This document shows, piece by piece, positions 7,808 to 17,401 of a stretch of DNA of 46,159 nucleotides. Position 1 is the stretch's first letter. Each line of letters begins with the position of its first letter. The notes beneath the pieces were generated by a model. It was not told the origin of the DNA and searched no databases. It was given only the letters and a program-made list of their open reading frames with translations. The stretch lies in sequence record SRR20825019_214. The stretch is one strand, 5' to 3'. The position numbers were made by a program, and so were the translations under genes.

Positions 7808-8976
7808 TAATTCTGCTCAGAATTCAGCAAGGATTCAACCCTCTCCTCTCTTCCTGTTCTTTCACCAATTCTTTTAAGGAGTTCAAGTGATTCATCCTGT
7901 TTTTGAGTTTCTTCGCTTACAGCATAATGGCGATACAATTTGATCAGCGAAGGAAGGTAAAGTGCGTCAAATTGAATGGCAACCTGATCGGAAATATGGC
8001 TTGTAAACTGAATATCTAAGTAATCAATTTTGTACCGATTTTCGTAGTTTCTACGAATTAAGCTGACATTATCGAAACTCTGCTTGCAATATTTGTATGC
8101 CAATCCCGTAAGGTAAAAGCTATCCTTTTCGGTTATCAAATCCAAGTAGGAGTTTGCACTTCCACTTATATAAACAGGATTTTTATCCGTTGAAAACCGA
8201 ACCATTTCATTCAGGCATTTTAGCATTGCTTCATTATCCTCTGGTTCTGGTGACTTAAAATTGGTGATCTTTAATTCTTTGAGACATTTTTCTCTGTACT
8301 CCGGCACAAATGAGAACAAGTGAACGTTTAATACGCGAACATCCTTTCTAAATCCAAATACTGACTGAACTAACCACAACGCATACGTATCATTGTCTCC
8401 TGCTGAAAAAACGATTGCATTTTTATCTAATTCGGACAATAAATTATATCCCCAATTCAATATCCCAGGAGCGAGCGCGTTGACCTCAATCATTTTCTTG
8501 GCCATGTTATCAAACTCCGCTGTATTTCGCTCAACCTCGTAAACGACCAGTAGATCATCGAAAGACCGTGGATCATTTGGATTTATCTCGTATGCTTTGA
8601 ACAGATATTTGTAGCGATCTTTTTGATTGCCTGCATCCCACCAGTAAAGGTGATTTCCTTCAAAAGTTTCGGGTATTTCAATTATTGCCTTATCTGCAAT
8701 ATCATGACATAATTTAGTATACTTTTCTCTCTTCTCAGGTACTTCAGAAATATTTTTTAGCGCCCTCGCTGCCGCGTAATAATTATACCAAGCTTCCGCA
8801 TCTTTGCTATTCTTCTCTACAAGTTTCTCCCAAAGCGAAAGCTGCTCTTTATACCAAGACTCATTGTATCTTTCCACTGTGATGCTATGTACACGTTGTG
8901 GAGTTTGAGCATTAATCGTTGCTGGAAATAGTGCACTCAATGCGATTATTCCGATTCGAATATGTTTTCCTATCAT
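7807..8976 (-). CDS. Secreted protein with helical/TPR-like N-half and DUF2723-like periplasmic domain
   Basis: Signal peptide from ATG 8976. YNLLSELDKNAIVFSAGDNDTYALWLVQSVFGFRKDVRVLN motif. Stop overlaps the sigma ATG. Confidence 0.65.
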   Translation of the reverse strand: MIGKHIRIGIIALSALFPATINAQTPQRVHSITVERYNESWYKEQLSLWEKLVEKNSKDAEAWYNYYAAARALKNISEVPEKREKYTKLCHDIADKAIIEIPETFEGNHLYWWDAGNQKDRYKYLFKAYEINPNDPRSFDDLLVVYEVERNTAEFDNMAKKMIEVNALAPGILNWGYNLLSELDKNAIVFSAGDNDTYALWLVQSVFGFRKDVRVLNVHLFSFVPEYREKCLKELKITNFKSPEPEDNEAMLKCLNEMVRFSTDKNPVYISGSANSYLDLITEKDSFYLTGLAYKYCKQSFDNVSLIRRNYENRYKIDYLDIQFTSHISDQVAIQFDALYLPSLIKLYRHYAVSEETQKQDESLELLKRIGERTGREERVESLLNSEQN

Positions 8977-9185
8977 TTCTTTTGTTTTGCCGTGTGTGTG
9001 CACTCCACTCGAAGTTTGTTTGAAAGGAATACTCAGAACTTTTCAATTCGTTCATTTTTTAATGAAGAAATTTCTCTAAAATAGAAAAACGCCTTGTTTT
9101 GACTGGAAGAATGTCATGGTAGGTTCCGTCCAATCAACTTATGAACGTGAGCGAACTAAAAAGGATAAAACGATGAAAGTTAGGT

Positions 9186-9398
9186 TCACGATTTAATACT
9201 CAACGCTCCTGATGGGCATTTTGAAACGGCAGCAACAATCTCGTCTGAGCTTGCATTTTCCATTTTTATCCACGGCTGTGTTTTTGGTTGAAATACCGTT
9301 GACAAATTCTTTACGCATTTTGCGGAGTGCGTACATTTCGCAGATTGCCACACCACTGTGATTTCACCGTTTGAATACTCTTTAACAACATCTTTCAT
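9186..9398 (-). CDS. YjdI-like divergent 4Fe-4S mono-cluster protein (Fer4_19)
   Basis: KCTHSAKCV...PWI...CPSGAL. Confidence 0.88.
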   Translation of the reverse strand: MKDVVKEYSNGEITVVWQSAKCTHSAKCVKNLSTVFQPKTQPWIKMENASSDEIVAAVSKCPSGALSIKS

Positions 9399-9409
9399 AC
9401 CGCTGGATC

Positions 9410-9691
9410 TTAATTAAGTACATCATTGAACGTCGATTCCTTATCGAACACACTCTTCGCAAATGGACAAAGTGGAAGAATGGTTATTTTTCTTTCTCGG
9501 GCGAATTCAACGGCCTTTATGACCATCATTTTTCCTGCGCCTTTTCCTCTTAGGAAATCGTCTACTTCGGTGTGATCAATGATGATCCTACCTTCTCCTG
9601 CCCAAGTATAGGTCATTTTCGCAGCTACTTTTCCATCTATTTCAATAGAAAAAGTACCCTTTGATCCGTCATCTTTATGTTGAACATCCAT
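9410..9691 (-). CDS. YjdJ-like GNAT acetyltransferase
   Basis: IIDHTEV..LRGKGAG..ILPLCPFA. Confidence 0.9.
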   Translation of the reverse strand: MDVQHKDDGSKGTFSIEIDGKVAAKMTYTWAGEGRIIIDHTEVDDFLRGKGAGKMMVIKAVEFARERKITILPLCPFAKSVFDKESTFNDVLN

Positions 9692-9737
9692 AATCTGAAT
9701 CCATTTAAGCTCTCCTAAAAATACGGATTTTTAAGAA

Positions 9738-10205
9738 CTACGAATTCTCAGTCTTGGACTCTTCGTTTAGATCAGGTGTAGGTTTTGATTCTTCGGTTTT
9801 TTCCGCGGAATCTTGCGAAAGATCCGTTGGCAATTCCTCTTTTACTTCTTCTATTTCTTTTTTCCCAGTAGCCTTCTCAATGTCCTTTTGTGTAACGCGA
9901 GGTTGAGAATTCGTTGGACGATATTTAAGAGCATCGTCAATGTCTTGTGCATATTGATCCAACGGTCGCTTTAGGTCATCTGATGTTTCTTGGAGAATTC
10001 CTTTGAGGTCGAGATCTTTCTTCATGTCATTTCCAGACTTTCTAATTTCATTCTGAAGATCACTTGACGCATCCTTAATCTGACGCATGGTACGCCCCAT
10101 AGTCCGCGCTAGACCAGGAATACTTTTGGCACCAAAGAAAATGAGGATAAACACTAAGATTAAAAGCACCTCCCCAGTGCCAATATCATTCAAGAATAAT
10201 ACCAT
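9738..10205 (-). CDS. tatA: Twin-arginine translocase TatA/TatE-family subunit
   Basis: GTGEVLLILVFILIFFGAKSIPGLARTMGRTMRQIKDA, followed by a long charged tail. Confidence 0.85.
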   Translation of the reverse strand: MVLFLNDIGTGEVLLILVFILIFFGAKSIPGLARTMGRTMRQIKDASSDLQNEIRKSGNDMKKDLDLKGILQETSDDLKRPLDQYAQDIDDALKYRPTNSQPRVTQKDIEKATGKKEIEEVKEELPTDLSQDSAEKTEESKPTPDLNEESKTENS

Positions 10206-10261
10206 GGTGCAAAAATAGCGATTTAGAAGATTCTACTATTTATAAGGCGAGAAAATCGTTA

Positions 10262-10705
10262 CTATTTATTAAGAAAACCTGCTTTCTCCATTGGATAAGC
10301 GTTAAATGTACCTGAAGCAGTCGCAATCAGTTGATCATCTTGATTTCTAATTTGTCCCTCAACGAAAAGCAAACGTTTTCCGCTGCGCAATATTTTGGAC
10401 GTTCCAACCAGTAAATCTCCTTCAAAAGCGGGCGAGATAAACGAAATTTTCATTTCTATCGTGGAAACCACTTTATTGTCCAATACCACATTGGAAAGTG
10501 CTCTTACTCCCATTGTTGCATCCATAAATGCACAAATTAATCCACCGTGAGCTGCTATTGGAGTTGCCAAATGTTCTTTTGTCACTTTTAAACGATAGGT
10601 AACGTCGCCTGTATTCGACAACTCGAAATCCATTCCGAGCATTGCTCCAAAATGATTGTGTTTCAGATAAAGTTGAACGATTGGATGATCTCTAAGTTCG
10701 CTCAT
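10262..10705 (-). CDS. PaaI-family thioesterase
   Basis: AHGGLICAFMD and VSTIEMKISF hotdog-fold motifs. Confidence 0.9.
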   Translation of the reverse strand: MSELRDHPIVQLYLKHNHFGAMLGMDFELSNTGDVTYRLKVTKEHLATPIAAHGGLICAFMDATMGVRALSNVVLDNKVVSTIEMKISFISPAFEGDLLVGTSKILRSGKRLLFVEGQIRNQDDQLIATASGTFNAYPMEKAGFLNK

Positions 10706-11544
10706 TAAGCCTCGGCCTTATGCAGATGTACATCCATTTGTGGGAAAGGAATCGACAATCCAGCTGCTCCGAATTCGGTATAAACGCGTTCGTTCATCGC
10801 AAAAAATACTGGCCAATAGTTTTCCGTTTCCACCCAACCACGTACAGTTATATTAACAGAAGAATCGCCCAATTGTCCCAATGCAACTAACGGAGCTGGT
10901 TCTTCTAAGATACGAGAATCTTCTTCAATGAATTTTGAAATCAGGTCTTTTGCCGTTTTTAGATCATCTCCATAAGCAATTCCGAAACTCCAGTCTACAC
11001 GTCGTGTATCGGCTTTTGTGAAGTTAACGATCGTGCCATTAGCTACCGCTCCATTCGCCAGAATAATTACTTTATTGTCCGTGGTCTTCATAATTGTGTT
11101 GAAGATGAGAATTTCGTCTACTACTCCTTGCTGTCCTTGAACATCTACAAAATCTCCGACTTTAAATGGTTTAAAGATCAAAAGCATTACCCCTCCTGCA
11201 AAATTCGAAAGTGTTCCGCTGAATGCCAAACCAATCGCTAAACCTGCGGCACCGAGAATTGCTACGAACGATGTCATCTCTATTCCAAGTTGACCAATCG
11301 CCGTAATTACGATAAGTGCTTTTAATCCAACATTTGTTAAGCTACAGAGGAACGTTTTTAAACTCGTTTCCATTTCTCGTGAAGTCAACAATTTGTTGAT
11401 TCTTTTCACCGCGTGTTTTGTGATCCACATTCCAATCACAAGAATTGCAACTGCGATCAATATCTTAGAGCCAATGCTTATACATACATTGATAATTTCT
11501 TTGGAAGAAAAACCCATATATAATTTATCTACTATTTCTGGCAT
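10705..11544 (-). CDS. mscS: Small-conductance mechanosensitive channel
   Basis: GAAGLAIGLA..LSNFAGG, PFKVGD, RRVD, LGDSSVN, IPFPQ. Confidence 0.93.
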   Translation of the reverse strand: MPEIVDKLYMGFSSKEIINVCISIGSKILIAVAILVIGMWITKHAVKRINKLLTSREMETSLKTFLCSLTNVGLKALIVITAIGQLGIEMTSFVAILGAAGLAIGLAFSGTLSNFAGGVMLLIFKPFKVGDFVDVQGQQGVVDEILIFNTIMKTTDNKVIILANGAVANGTIVNFTKADTRRVDWSFGIAYGDDLKTAKDLISKFIEEDSRILEEPAPLVALGQLGDSSVNITVRGWVETENYWPVFFAMNERVYTEFGAAGLSIPFPQMDVHLHKAEA

Positions 11545-11612
11545 ATCTTTTTTTGAAACAAAAATAAGGGTATTGATACACTTAGAGAGTACATTTCAAT
11601 TAAATTTGAACA

Positions 11613-12380
11613 ATGTTTTTTATTCTTTCGAAGCTTCTTTTGTTTCTGCTCTCCCCTTTTTTTTGGTTGATTGTTACCATTTCGTTGTTTTATTTCTTGA
11701 AAAATGAACGCTGGAAAAAACGCATGAAACGAGTTTCAATTGGAATCTTTATTTTCTTTTCAAATTCGCTTATTTTTTCTGAAGCATGCCGAGTGTGGGA
11801 GATTTCTGGCACCCAAATGAAAGACGTTAAATCTTACGATGTTGGAATTGTTCTAGGGGGAATGTCGGAATACAACAATGATTTAAAGGAACTCAGTTTT
11901 CGCCGACAGGGAGATCGTTTGTTTCAGGCACTTACGCTTTATCACACAGGAAAAATTAAGAAGATTTTAATTTCAGGAGATTCTGGTCACATTACCGATC
12001 GTGGTTTACATGAAGCGAAACAAATGAAAGCACTCTTGATCAAATGGGGCTTACCTGAGGAAGACATTATTACGGAGGAAATTTCCAAGAACACCCACGA
12101 AAATGCACTGGAGACGGCTAAAATCTTGCGAAAAGATCACGCAGAGATGAAGTCCTTCTTATTAATCACTTCGGGGATTCACATGCGACGATCACGTGCT
12201 TGTTTTGAACGTCAAGGATTACATTGCGACACTTTTTCAACGGATTTGTTTGCGAATAGAACGAGTCGTTATCATTGGGATCAATACATTATTCCGAACG
12301 TGGAAAATTTTGGGCAATGGCATAAGTTGCTCAAAGAGATGATTGGCTATGTCGCTTATGATGTAAAAGGATATATCTAG
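11613..12380 (+). CDS. YdcF/ElyC-family (DUF218) membrane protein
   Basis: IVLGGM, ISGDSG, SKNTHENA, ITSGIHMRRS. Confidence 0.9.
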   Translation: MFFILSKLLLFLLSPFFWLIVTISLFYFLKNERWKKRMKRVSIGIFIFFSNSLIFSEACRVWEISGTQMKDVKSYDVGIVLGGMSEYNNDLKELSFRRQGDRLFQALTLYHTGKIKKILISGDSGHITDRGLHEAKQMKALLIKWGLPEEDIITEEISKNTHENALETAKILRKDHAEMKSFLLITSGIHMRRSRACFERQGLHCDTFSTDLFANRTSRYHWDQYIIPNVENFGQWHKLLKEMIGYVAYDVKGYI

Positions 12381-12541
12381 TTTTATTCTTTAGTTTCTGC
12401 AGTTTTCCATTCCCGTAAAAGCGATTTTATTTCCTGAGCGTTCGAGCATACATTCATCAGTGCTTTTCTTCAATCTGTTACTTTTTTTTGAATTTTCGTT
12501 AATGAACTAGTTAAATCAAACTGGCTTTAAATTCTCTACCT

Positions 12542-13957
12542 ATGAAAAGTATCTACTCTTTTTTGCTTGTGGCAATTTCTTCATTTCCTTGTTTTATTCT
12601 TGCACAAGATTGTCAATCCAAAGTAATTCTAATTCTCAATAATTCCAGTGGCGGTCATTTTTCTGGACAAACAGTCACTTTAACTGCACTCACAGATGCC
12701 AAAATATACGAGCAAAAAAGTGATGAAAAAGGTCATGCTATTTTTATGCTTCCTTGTGATCAACGATTTGACGTAGCCATCTCCAATTACGCGTCGAAAG
12801 ATCAGATTAAATCTCCGAGCAGTGAACGCAGTAGTTCAACGAGAAACTATACCTACGCTGCGGACATGATTGAGAAACAAAAAGAATTTGCGATGAGTGA
12901 TGAGGAAAAGTTGTTGGTTGATAAAGCGATTCTGGTTTTACCTGATACAACGCGCATTGTGAATTCTGTAATGAGAACACCTCGAGATCTTGAAAATTAT
13001 GCCACAATGGACATCACGCTCATTGGATTGGACAATAAGTTCTTAGTGAATGAAGAAATTTCATTCAACGGAACAGAACGAAAGAAATCGTTTAAAGGAA
13101 AAACGAATTCGAACGGAACTCTCCGTGTGTACTTGCCTAAAGGAGATATCTATAGAATTAGTTTTACGTACCATGAGGATTACAAACTACAAGAAATTAA
13201 GTATTCTTTAGGAACATCAACCGCGCGGATTGAAATAAAATACATGGGAACGGTAGAATACCTTCGTCGCAAAAAAATCGAGGAACAACGCGTAATTGAG
13301 GAGCGAAAACAAGTTGCTGCCGAACTAGCACGCATCGAAAATGAATTTTCGAGAGATTCAATTGTTTCCAAAGTACTGGATCGAAATAAAAATAAGTGGG
13401 AAAAAAAACTATTCATTAGTGACGTGTCCTACGAAATGCTGCCTTATGCAACAAAATTGGCAATGTGGTATGGCGCGAATCAAGAAACAGAGAAATCGAC
13501 TCAATTTGTGTTCTTTTTCAACGGAATAATTAGAAAAGGAGGAAGGTCAAGCAGTGCATTTCATCAAACAGCTCAAGGCTTCGATCCACTGATGGCACTC
13601 ATCAAAAAAGTTCATTCAAGAGTTGATGTGGAAAACGCACCCGTAGATATTGAGGGCCTCATCACAAGTAAAGGAATCAAAAATGACTATAAGGATGTTG
13701 TCATGTTAGTGGACAAAGATGCTACGCTGAAGGATTACGATTACTTCATTAAACTCCAAATCCCTGTGCACATCATTCTATGCGTTCATGAGCGAAGGGT
13801 AAATCCTCAACATTTACAAATTGCTTGGAAAACGAAAGGCAGTTTCCACACCTTAACCGAAGATATAACGGACATTGGAAAATTGCTTGAAGGTGATTCC
13901 ATCACTGTTGAAGGTGTTAAATACACGATTATGGGAGGACAATTTGTGGCGATTTAA
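12542..13957 (+). CDS. Secreted protein with two beta-sandwich-like repeats and a degenerate vWA-like C-terminal domain
   Basis: Signal peptide. Repeats KSDEKGHAIFMLP and KTNSNGTLRVYLP. ISDVSYEMLPY...VNPQHLQIAWKTKGSFHT. Confidence 0.55.
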   Translation: MKSIYSFLLVAISSFPCFILAQDCQSKVILILNNSSGGHFSGQTVTLTALTDAKIYEQKSDEKGHAIFMLPCDQRFDVAISNYASKDQIKSPSSERSSSTRNYTYAADMIEKQKEFAMSDEEKLLVDKAILVLPDTTRIVNSVMRTPRDLENYATMDITLIGLDNKFLVNEEISFNGTERKKSFKGKTNSNGTLRVYLPKGDIYRISFTYHEDYKLQEIKYSLGTSTARIEIKYMGTVEYLRRKKIEEQRVIEERKQVAAELARIENEFSRDSIVSKVLDRNKNKWEKKLFISDVSYEMLPYATKLAMWYGANQETEKSTQFVFFFNGIIRKGGRSSSAFHQTAQGFDPLMALIKKVHSRVDVENAPVDIEGLITSKGIKNDYKDVVMLVDKDATLKDYDYFIKLQIPVHIILCVHERRVNPQHLQIAWKTKGSFHTLTEDITDIGKLLEGDSITVEGVKYTIMGGQFVAI

Positions 13958-13966
13958 CCCCACCAA

Positions 13967-15067
13967 TTATTCCGCTGGTGTTGACTTCGCTTTTAACTTA
14001 GCTTCCTTCTTTTTTCTTTTACGCTCTAGTTTTTCGCGTTTTTTCTCTTCCTTCGATTTTTTCCCTGTTGTTGGCATTGCGTCGTCTTCTGCACCTCCAC
14101 CATCAGGCTTCCCGAAAGAATACGTTTCACGACCTTGTTCATCGTATTTATGCTCTTCGATGCGCACACCTTTTTTGTCGTAAAGAATCTTGTGTTTTGT
14201 TGTCTTGTCAGGATAGTATTCAATGAACCAACCAACTGGAACTCCTTTTTTGAAGCTTTCTTGGATTTGGATGTGACCCTGATAAAAGAACACTTTGAAT
14301 TCACCGTCTTTAACATCCATGTTCCAATGCTCTGTTTTCAATAAAACGCCATCGTCGTAATAGTATTTCGCTTCTTCGTGCTTCTTTCCATCTTTGTAAT
14401 TAACGTCCTGTAGCGGCTTTCCATCGATGTTGTAAATTTTAAATGGTCCATTCAAGATTCCGTTTGCGTAGCTAACTTCATTCTTAATCTTGGAATCTTC
14501 AAAATATGTTCTTTTCACCCCGTGGAGCAGGTCATTGCTGTAATTTTCCCATCGCGTAGTGTCACCATCGGCAGCAAAGAAAATATGCTTTCCATGCTTT
14601 TTACCCACCATGTAATTCATTTCCCATGCAAGGTATTGTGTGCTATCGTAATAGTAAAGCCACTGACCGTTTTGCTCACCGCGAATGTTTGCCCGAATTA
14701 CTTGTGGACATCCTGATTGGTAGTATGTTGTGTCAATTCCATTCTCTTTTCCATCCACAAAAGTGATCAAGTGCTGACGAGTCCCGTTCATGTGACAAGT
14801 CTCACATTGCCCAGAAAACGGAGATCCAGTTTTTCCTGCATACATAATACCTGAACCTTCATCGTAGCTAAGTTTGTCGTTACAATCTACCACTCCAACT
14901 AATTTTCCACATTCCCATTCCGCATAGCGTTTTTGATCACGTGTAAGCACATTTCCTTCAGAATCATAGCGCTCGTAGCACTTTTTCTTTTCCTTTACTT
15001 CAGGAATTTGCGCCAAAATTGTGGACGAAAGTCCAAGTGTGAAAAGAATAAATAAAAAATTTCTCAT
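13967..15067 (-). CDS. Secreted MORN-2/YwqK-like repeat protein with a CxxCH motif
   Basis: Signal peptide, many Y.xG..xG...YY.dG repeats, CETCH at 14806-14792, Lys-rich tail. Confidence 0.82.
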   Translation of the reverse strand: MRNFLFILFTLGLSSTILAQIPEVKEKKKCYERYDSEGNVLTRDQKRYAEWECGKLVGVVDCNDKLSYDEGSGIMYAGKTGSPFSGQCETCHMNGTRQHLITFVDGKENGIDTTYYQSGCPQVIRANIRGEQNGQWLYYYDSTQYLAWEMNYMVGKKHGKHIFFAADGDTTRWENYSNDLLHGVKRTYFEDSKIKNEVSYANGILNGPFKIYNIDGKPLQDVNYKDGKKHEEAKYYYDDGVLLKTEHWNMDVKDGEFKVFFYQGHIQIQESFKKGVPVGWFIEYYPDKTTKHKILYDKKGVRIEEHKYDEQGRETYSFGKPDGGGAEDDAMPTTGKKSKEEKKREKLERKRKKKEAKLKAKSTPAE

Positions 15068-15094
15068 GGATTTCTTTTTTTCTTAGTTCTACAA

Positions 15095-15496
15095 CTATTG
15101 TTCCTTTTTAATTGTTTCAAGTGCTGTTCTCATATCCAACGGCACATCTATTGTTTTATTCTCGTGACTGTCAAAACAAACTAAGGTCGATTTCCCAGTT
15201 GAATACATTTCATTGCCCACAAAAATCTCATACGAGAGCGTAAAACTCTTGTTTCCGATGTGCTCAAGCGAGATTTTTATTTCCGGTTGATGATGTAAAA
15301 GAATTGGTTTTAAGTAACCTACTTCATTCTTCACCAGAACGACACCATTTTTCTTCCAATCCCATTCGTAACCTAAAAGTTCTCCAAAATAATGCACCCT
15401 TGCCATCTCGAAGTAACTTAAATATACGCTATTATTTACATGTCCTAAAACATCCAAATCTGAAAAACGCACTTGAATTTTTGCGTGTTGAATCAT
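15095..15496 (-). CDS. Acyl-CoA thioesterase (4HBT/YbgC family)
   Basis: VRFSDLDVLGHVNNSVYLSYFEMAR. Confidence 0.92.
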   Translation of the reverse strand: MIQHAKIQVRFSDLDVLGHVNNSVYLSYFEMARVHYFGELLGYEWDWKKNGVVLVKNEVGYLKPILLHHQPEIKISLEHIGNKSFTLSYEIFVGNEMYSTGKSTLVCFDSHENKTIDVPLDMRTALETIKKEQ

Positions 15497-17370
15497 TTAT
15501 CTAATTTTTCAAAGTCGGAATTGTTGCTAATAAACTCTGGAACTATTTCCTTCATCATTTTCACCATTTCCTCATTATTTTGACTTCCAAAGAGTTGAAT
15601 AAGCTCATTAATCTGAACCAATTTGCTAGCGTCCTCGTTGCGTACTTTCGCTTTTAAAATCTGTGCGTGATGCGTCGGAAGTGTATTCTCATCCTTCGCT
15701 AGTAATTCTTCGAAAAGCTTTTCTCCCGGTCTAAGGCCCGTAACTTTAATTTCTATGTCCTTCCCTATTTCCAGTCCACTAAGTAGGATCATCTTTTTAG
15801 CTAAATCAATGATTTTCACCGATTCTCCCATGTCAAACACGAAAATCTCTCCCCCTTCGCCCATTGATCCGGCCTCAAGAACCAGTTGACATGCCTCAGG
15901 AATCGTCATAAAGAAACGCGTAACTCGTTCGTCGGTTACCGTAATCGGACCGCCTTGCTCTATCTGTCGTTGAAATAACGGAATTACAGAACCATTCGAT
16001 CCTAACACATTTCCGAAACGCGAAGTAATGAACTTTGTATCTGACTTTCCATTTGCCGCTTGTGCGTAAATTTCAGCAATTCGCTTCGATGCGCCCATTA
16101 CGTTTGTAGGATTCACGGCTTTATCGGTAGAAATCATCACAAACTTGAAAACCTCAAACTCTACAGAAAGATCGACTAAATTTCGAGAACCTTGAATATT
16201 CGTGAGCACCGCTTCAGACGGATTGCTTTCCATCAAAGGAACATGTTTATACGCCGCTGCATGAAACACATACTTAGGTCTAAACGTCTGAAACACATTT
16301 CTCATTCGATCCAGACTCCTGATGTCACCAATAACAACTTCGAATGGAACATTTTTAAAATCGGAAAAAAGTTCGTTTTGAAGATCATACAAAGGAGATT
16401 CAGCTTGATCGAGAAGTACCAATTTCTTAGGTCCATACTGTGCAATTTGTCGCACCATTTCACTTCCGATTGAACCTGCCGCACCAGTGACCAAAATCAC
16501 CTGATTAGACAATTCCTTCTTTAATTTCTCCTCATCGAGTTGAATGGCTTTTCGACCTAGTAAATCATCGATTTTAATTTTTGCAATTTGCTTTGATGAG
16601 AATTCGCCGTTGATCCAACTTTTTGTACTTGGAACTTTCTGGATGGTGACTCCTTTGGATAAACACAATTCAGCGACTTCCTTTCGATTATCGTTATCTG
16701 GCTTTTGAATCGCAATAATTAAACGATTCACTCCTTCTTCATCGATAAGCTTCTCAAGTTTCGAAGTGTGATAAATTCCAATTCCTTCAAGGCGATTCCC
16801 AACCAACTTTTTATTGTCATCGAGGAAACCTATCAATTTCACACTGTTTTGCGTATCTTTTTCAATGGTTCTTTTGGTGATCAATCCTGAAATTCCCGCT
16901 CCGTAGATCAATACGCGATCATCGACTTCCTTCGTTTTCAATGATTCTAAGTAAATCAACTTAACCAAAAATCGCGATCCCAACAAAAGAACAAACGACG
17001 CCAAAAACTCAATCATTAACACCGACGTGGGTAGTAAATAGAATCCATCAAAAAACGCATAACGAACGAAACCACCCAACGCGATCAGCCCTGTACTCAG
17101 GATTGTTGCGAAAAAAATTCTGCGCAAATCCGCTGTTGAAGTATGTCGAACAATTCCTTTGTGAATTCCCATTATAAAAAACACCGAAAACTTAATTCCG
17201 ATGTAAATGAGAATTGATTTGGATAAAATCTCCCATTCTTCGCGGATTACCTCTTCTTCTGCCTTTAGGTCGAATCGAATTAAATATGCAAAAGTTAATG
17301 CAACGATGGATAGGAATAAATCCGCAACCATAATCACCCAGCGAGGCATATTGTTTTTTGGCAAGAGCAT
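15493..17370 (-). CDS. Nucleoside-diphosphate sugar dehydratase, CapD/PglF/WbpM family
   Basis: Four TM segments, GAAGSIGSE, HAAAYKHVP, ISTDKAVNPTNVMGASKR, RFGNVLGS, GLRPGEKL. ATG 17370 preferred over TTG 17376, which lies inside a -7 box. Confidence 0.93.
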   Translation of the reverse strand: MLLPKNNMPRWVIMVADLFLSIVALTFAYLIRFDLKAEEEVIREEWEILSKSILIYIGIKFSVFFIMGIHKGIVRHTSTADLRRIFFATILSTGLIALGGFVRYAFFDGFYLLPTSVLMIEFLASFVLLLGSRFLVKLIYLESLKTKEVDDRVLIYGAGISGLITKRTIEKDTQNSVKLIGFLDDNKKLVGNRLEGIGIYHTSKLEKLIDEEGVNRLIIAIQKPDNDNRKEVAELCLSKGVTIQKVPSTKSWINGEFSSKQIAKIKIDDLLGRKAIQLDEEKLKKELSNQVILVTGAAGSIGSEMVRQIAQYGPKKLVLLDQAESPLYDLQNELFSDFKNVPFEVVIGDIRSLDRMRNVFQTFRPKYVFHAAAYKHVPLMESNPSEAVLTNIQGSRNLVDLSVEFEVFKFVMISTDKAVNPTNVMGASKRIAEIYAQAANGKSDTKFITSRFGNVLGSNGSVIPLFQRQIEQGGPITVTDERVTRFFMTIPEACQLVLEAGSMGEGGEIFVFDMGESVKIIDLAKKMILLSGLEIGKDIEIKVTGLRPGEKLFEELLAKDENTLPTHHAQILKAKVRNEDASKLVQINELIQLFGSQNNEEMVKMMKEIVPEFISNNSDFEKLDK

Positions 17371-17401
17371 GAACAAATGTAATTAAAATGGATGGAGAAG
17401 A

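Noticed and set aside
9738-10205. Functional link between tatA and the Tat-like dioxygenase
   Set aside because: About 4 kb apart with separate promoters, and tatA is a housekeeping gene.
13967-15067. YwqK antitoxin function
   Set aside because: No adjacent toxin gene. The label only reflects generic MORN-2 repeats.
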